Source: Takakia lepidozioides (lineage: Eukaryota; Plantae; Bryophyta). From it: DNA of 64,000 nt. Position 1 is the stretch's first letter. Each line of letters begins with the position of its first letter. Made by a program: the position numbers and the translations under genes. Shown piece by piece: positions 59,692-64,000 of this stretch. The notes under the pieces were generated by a model. That model had not been told where the DNA came from, made no database searches, and saw only the letters and a list, made by a program, of their open reading frames with translations. Location: the NCBI GenBank assembly GCA_030704615.1, contig CM060731.1, forward strand, positions 42,718,001-42,782,000. Direction: 5' to 3'.

Positions 59692-61304
59692 ATGATGGCT
59701 GCATGTAGTTCCTCCCTTGCAGGGGCCGCAGGAGTGCAGTGCTCTGCGGGCCAAGGACACACAGGTAGGAGGAAGGCTGTAGGATCCCCTGAGTTTTTCG
59801 GCCTCCCTATCAAAGTAGGAGACAAATCTGCCCCCTTCAATGCTGCGCTTGAGATCAAAGGCCCCGAAGGCCGATCGGCAACAGTTTGTTCCCTCAAGGA
59901 TCTGAGGGACCGCATTCAGAGCGTCAAGAACACTCAGAAGATCACTGATGCCATGAAGCTTGTGGCCGCTGCTAAGGTGAGGAGAGCGCAAGAGGCTGTC
60001 GTTAATGGCCGGCCCTTCTCTGAGAGTCTTGTCAAGGTCCTCTTTCATGTCAACTCACAGCTTCAAAATGAGGACATCGACATCCCATTGACTCAGGTAC
60101 TTCCCAGGTTGCAGAGTACACGCAGTAGGTTATGTGGTATCGTAAATTAGGAAGGCAAGGAGCTTCCTAACGTCCATGGGAACTGCAAAGAGCTCGTGGC
60201 AGAAACATCTTTTGCTGGACGGAGTTGGTTTCTTGAAGATTTAGCCGCATCAAGAAAAAGGTAGATAAGTTAGAGGATTTTTCGTTTTCAGTGCATTAAT
60301 TCCATTGTTACGAAGCAGGCATCATTTGCCTCGCAGAAGAGTATGCCGGGAGGAAGCACACACCGTGCACTTGCTGAGCTCAAGGATGACATGCCTGCAG
60401 TGTGTTTGTTGCCGAGTAGCCTTGATGTTCGACATCTGGACAGTTTGTCGATTATCTGGCGATACTTCGAGACTCCATTAGCATCTGCTCATCCTTTGGC
60501 CTTTCATAAATGCTCACCAGTCTGCACGTCGTGACTCTTTAGGTGAGGCCAGTGAAGAAGATTGCTTTGGTGGTAATCACTGGCGACCGTGGCCTTTGTG
60601 GAGGCTTCAACAACTACATTCTCAAGAAATCCGAGGAGCGGATGGAACAGCTGAGGAAGATTGGTGTAGAGTATACCGTTGTCAGCATTGGAAAGAAGGG
60701 AAATAGTTACTACAGGAGAAGGCCATCCATTCCCGTAGACATGTTCCTTGACTCTGGAAACGCTCCAACTACTAACGAAGCCCAATCCATAGCCGACGAA
60801 CTATTTTCTTTGTTTGTTAGTGAGGAGGTGGACAAGGTGGAGCTCTTATACACGAGGTTTGTGTCTCTGATTAAATCTCATCCTGTCATTCACACGCTTC
60901 TCCCTCTCTCTCCCAAAGGTGAAGTATGTGATATCAACGGCAACTGTTTGGACGCCGAGGATGATGAGATGTTCAGATTGACTACAAAGGAGGGCAAGTT
61001 TTCTGTGGAGGTGCAAACTCCGAGAGCTGATACCCCTGAACTCACAGGAATCCTTCAGTTTGAACAGGAGCCTGTTCAAATACTGGATGCCTTGCTGCCG
61101 CTCTACTTGAATAGTCAGATCTTACGTGCCTTGCAAGAGTCAATCGCAAGTGAGCTCGCCGCCCGAATGAACGCCATGAACAATGCCAGTGAGAATGCAA
61201 CGGATCTGAGGAAGGACCTCTCCATCAGATACAACAGGCAACGCCAAGCAAAGATCACTGGAGATATTTTGGAAATTGTTGCTGGTGCCAACATCACCAT
61301 TTAA
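59692..61304 (+). CDS. atpC: Chloroplast ATP synthase CF1 gamma subunit; 2 exons (59692-60096, 60543-61304)
   Basis: Transit peptide, [40 protein letters not shown], redox insert [13 protein letters not shown], and [19 protein letters not shown]. Phase-0 GT-AG intron. Confidence 0.98.
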
Positions 61305-62373
61305 AGGGAAGATTTTATCTCCAGTTTCATGACCTGATGTGCCTTTCCGAAGTCAAGCTTCATATCTCCCACTGGTTGGTACACCTACAATCCAGAGGAT
61401 TACAGTTTATTAGTCTGTGCAGATTTTTAGGGTTCATCTGGGGTCCCTACCTAGGAAAGGTTAATTCAGCGAGGGGGCAGATGTCTTTTGGCCCTCACAG
61501 GGTTTACTGTGTACAAGAACTACCCTAGAGTCCCACTCCAACAGCAAAGCAACGTGGTCACTTACTAAACACTCACAAGCAGACATACTTTTTCACATCT
61601 CCAAACTTTGTGAAAATATAGAATCCAGATGCTCGGGTTCCATGGGCACACAGCAGTGATATGATCCATCCTCCGAGCTCAGGCATCCAGCTCCTAACAT
61701 CTCCAGTGTGGGTACTAGCATTTAGATCTCATTATTTACTGATCTCATCCCGGAACTTTTATGAAGAAATTAGAGAAAGTCCTGTGGTAGATTTAAAAAA
61801 TGCTATCAATTTCAAGAACCAATGCAAGTAAGAAGCTCGGTACATGCAGCATAAATCAATAACAGCAAACCCAGATACAATTACAATCACAATCACAATC
61901 ACAATGCGGACTTGCAACGACCATGGGATGAAATCTTGGTGAGTAAACACTAACTTTTTAGAACAGTCATGCAAGTAAGTCAATCCCCCTGAAGCAGCAC
62001 CATAAGAATTTCAGATGGGCAACAAACTTGTGCACAAGGCTGCTCATTCTGAATTGTCTTCACAGACATCTTCAAGCTTCAAAGAAGCCCCACCATTCAA
62101 ACCACAATTAGAACAGCACTCTGACATCCTGCCACTATGACCAGACTCAGGCCAAATCCCCTCTTCAATCACTACCTGCTCCCGTCACGTGCACGCCTAA
62201 GCTGGGTAGACACTAGACACCGCTATGGGCTCTTGGAAGGTTGATAGGCCAGAGGACATGCTTCATCGGCACATCATAGCCAATAATCTCGGGAGCGATG
62301 GTGGATGAACGAAGTAGCTGCGTAGATCATGAATGAAGCCAGACACTTGCACCTTTCCAGGAGAACATCCTTT

Positions 62374-64000
62374 TCACCAGTAGTCCCCACAAGAACTAAC
62401 CCCATCTTCAAAGTGGTGAAAGCGGCTGGCGTCCCGTACCACAATTGCTCGACCAACAATCTTTGAGATGAACTTGGTAGCGGTGTGGCAGTCACCACAC
62501 ACCTGAAGATTCTTGATCAGACGGAGAGGCGTCCCAGGGGCCGTACTGATCAGCCCAAACCATGGCCAGCTTCTCACTGTGGTTGCAAAGAGAAAATTCC
62601 TTTAGGCTCCTCCCCCACATCATGCAATGCAAAGCGCGTGTCAGGCACATACCCTGCCTCCTTCATCTGTCCAGACAATCTTCTCAGCTCAGCATGGATC
62701 TCCTCAATTTTGGGATGCAATTTGTCATCTACAACAAAGGTGTGCACCCTGTTGCCAACCTCAATGCAGCAGCGACCTGGCTCCTTTCTAACCCCTCTAA
62801 CATTCATCATTTGTCTCACTTTCGCAGTATCGTCCCACCTGCCAGCTGCGGCATCGATGTTTGATAACAACACATACTAGGCCATCGTGGCTGCATGCAT
62901 AGAGAACACATAGGACACTTGCTGGCCCAGCCTGCAGTAAATCAGACTTCAAACATGCAACCAAGTGAACACTTTGGGCATGACAAGACTGACTGCGACT
63001 TCATTCTACATGATGTACAGTTGCCCCAAGATATACATCCTGTAAGGTGTTTTGGCATGGAAGAAAGGCCTGCCCTGTCACAGCATCCAGAGCATCCCAA
63101 AGCATGCATCGTGCAAGGCCTTTCTGGGTATGTAAGAACAGTCTGTCATTGTATATATTCAGGACCTGTTTCCCACATCATTCGCTCATATGTCTCCAAA
63201 GCCTCCATCCCGCACCCATGCTGAGTATATCCTGCAATCATCGCGTTCCACGACACCACATCTCGTTCTGCCATATTGTCGAACACTCCCTTTGCATCCT
63301 CAATGCTCCCACATTTGGCATACATGTCCACCAGGGTATTGTTCAGCATAACATCTGGTACAATTCCCACTGTGATGATGTCACCATGGACCTCTTTGCC
63401 CTTTTCCAGGGCTGCCAGGCTTGCACACGCATTGCAAACACAAACGAATGTGACCTGGTTGGGCTTCACTCCTTCCCGCATCATTTGCTCATGTCTCCAA
63501 AGCATGCATCCTACACCCATGCTGGGCATATCCTGCGATCATTGTGCTCCACGACACCACATTTCGTTCAGCCAAACTGTCAAACACTCCCTTTGCATCC
63601 TCAATGCTTCCACCTTTGGCATACATGTCCACCAGGGTGTTGTTCAGAATGACATCTGGTACAATTCTCGCTTTGATGATGTCACCATGGACCTCTTTGC
63701 CCTTATTCCAGGGCTGCCATGCTCGCGCACGCATTGCAAACACAAACAAATGTGACCCGGTCCGGCTTCACCCCTTCCCGCATCATTTGCTCATACATCT
63801 CCAAAGCGTCCATCCCGCACCCATGCTGGGCAAATCCTGAAATCAATGCGTTCCAGGACACCACATTTCGTTCAGCCATATTGTTGAACACTCCCTTTGC
63901 ATCCTCAATGCTGCCACATTTGGCATACATGTCCACCAGCACGGTGTTAAGAATGACATCTGGTACAATTCCCGCTTTGATGATGTCACCGTGGACCTCT
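62374..64000 (-). pseudogene. PLS-class PPR-DYW RNA editing factor, disrupted; continues past the right edge
   Basis: PLS triplets, E domain and PG box (KEPGRCCIEV), [16 protein letters not shown] and SCGDYW*. At least four frameshifts, and non-PPR sequence at ~62880-63160. Confidence 0.92.

Noticed and set aside
62374-62620. U-to-C (KP-type) DYW domain
   Set aside because: The PG box, HSEKLA and DYW end are canonical C-to-U features.

Overview
Intron-rich nuclear DNA of a land plant, probably a non-seed plant such as a bryophyte (inferred from the PLS-DYW PPR style and the gene set; the species cannot be read from the sequence). Supportable genes: the 5' half of an ABA4-like gene (-), a complete 12-exon GH1 beta-glucosidase (-), a large MBD9-like chromatin protein (+), an nsLTP-domain protein with a transmembrane helix (-), an intronless 172-aa orphan ORF (+), chloroplast ATP synthase gamma (atpC, +) and a disrupted PLS-class PPR-DYW gene (-). 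There are also several gene fragments (renalase-like, NAA60/MCC1-like, GH1 remnant, PPR pieces). The most unusual content is mobile DNA. (1) A CRE-like RLE non-LTR retrotransposon with an inverted 5' half, matching twin-priming geometry, is nested inside an APE-type LINE. (2) A recently active (TC)n-associated RTEX-like LINE has left a stack of its own 3' ends in an MBD9 intron. (3) Inverted GC-rich repeats of about 270 bp bracket a 7-kb Pack-MULE-like block that carries PPR fragments and a six-unit hairpin array and ends just upstream of atpC. All family assignments come from motif recognition by eye; no searches were run.
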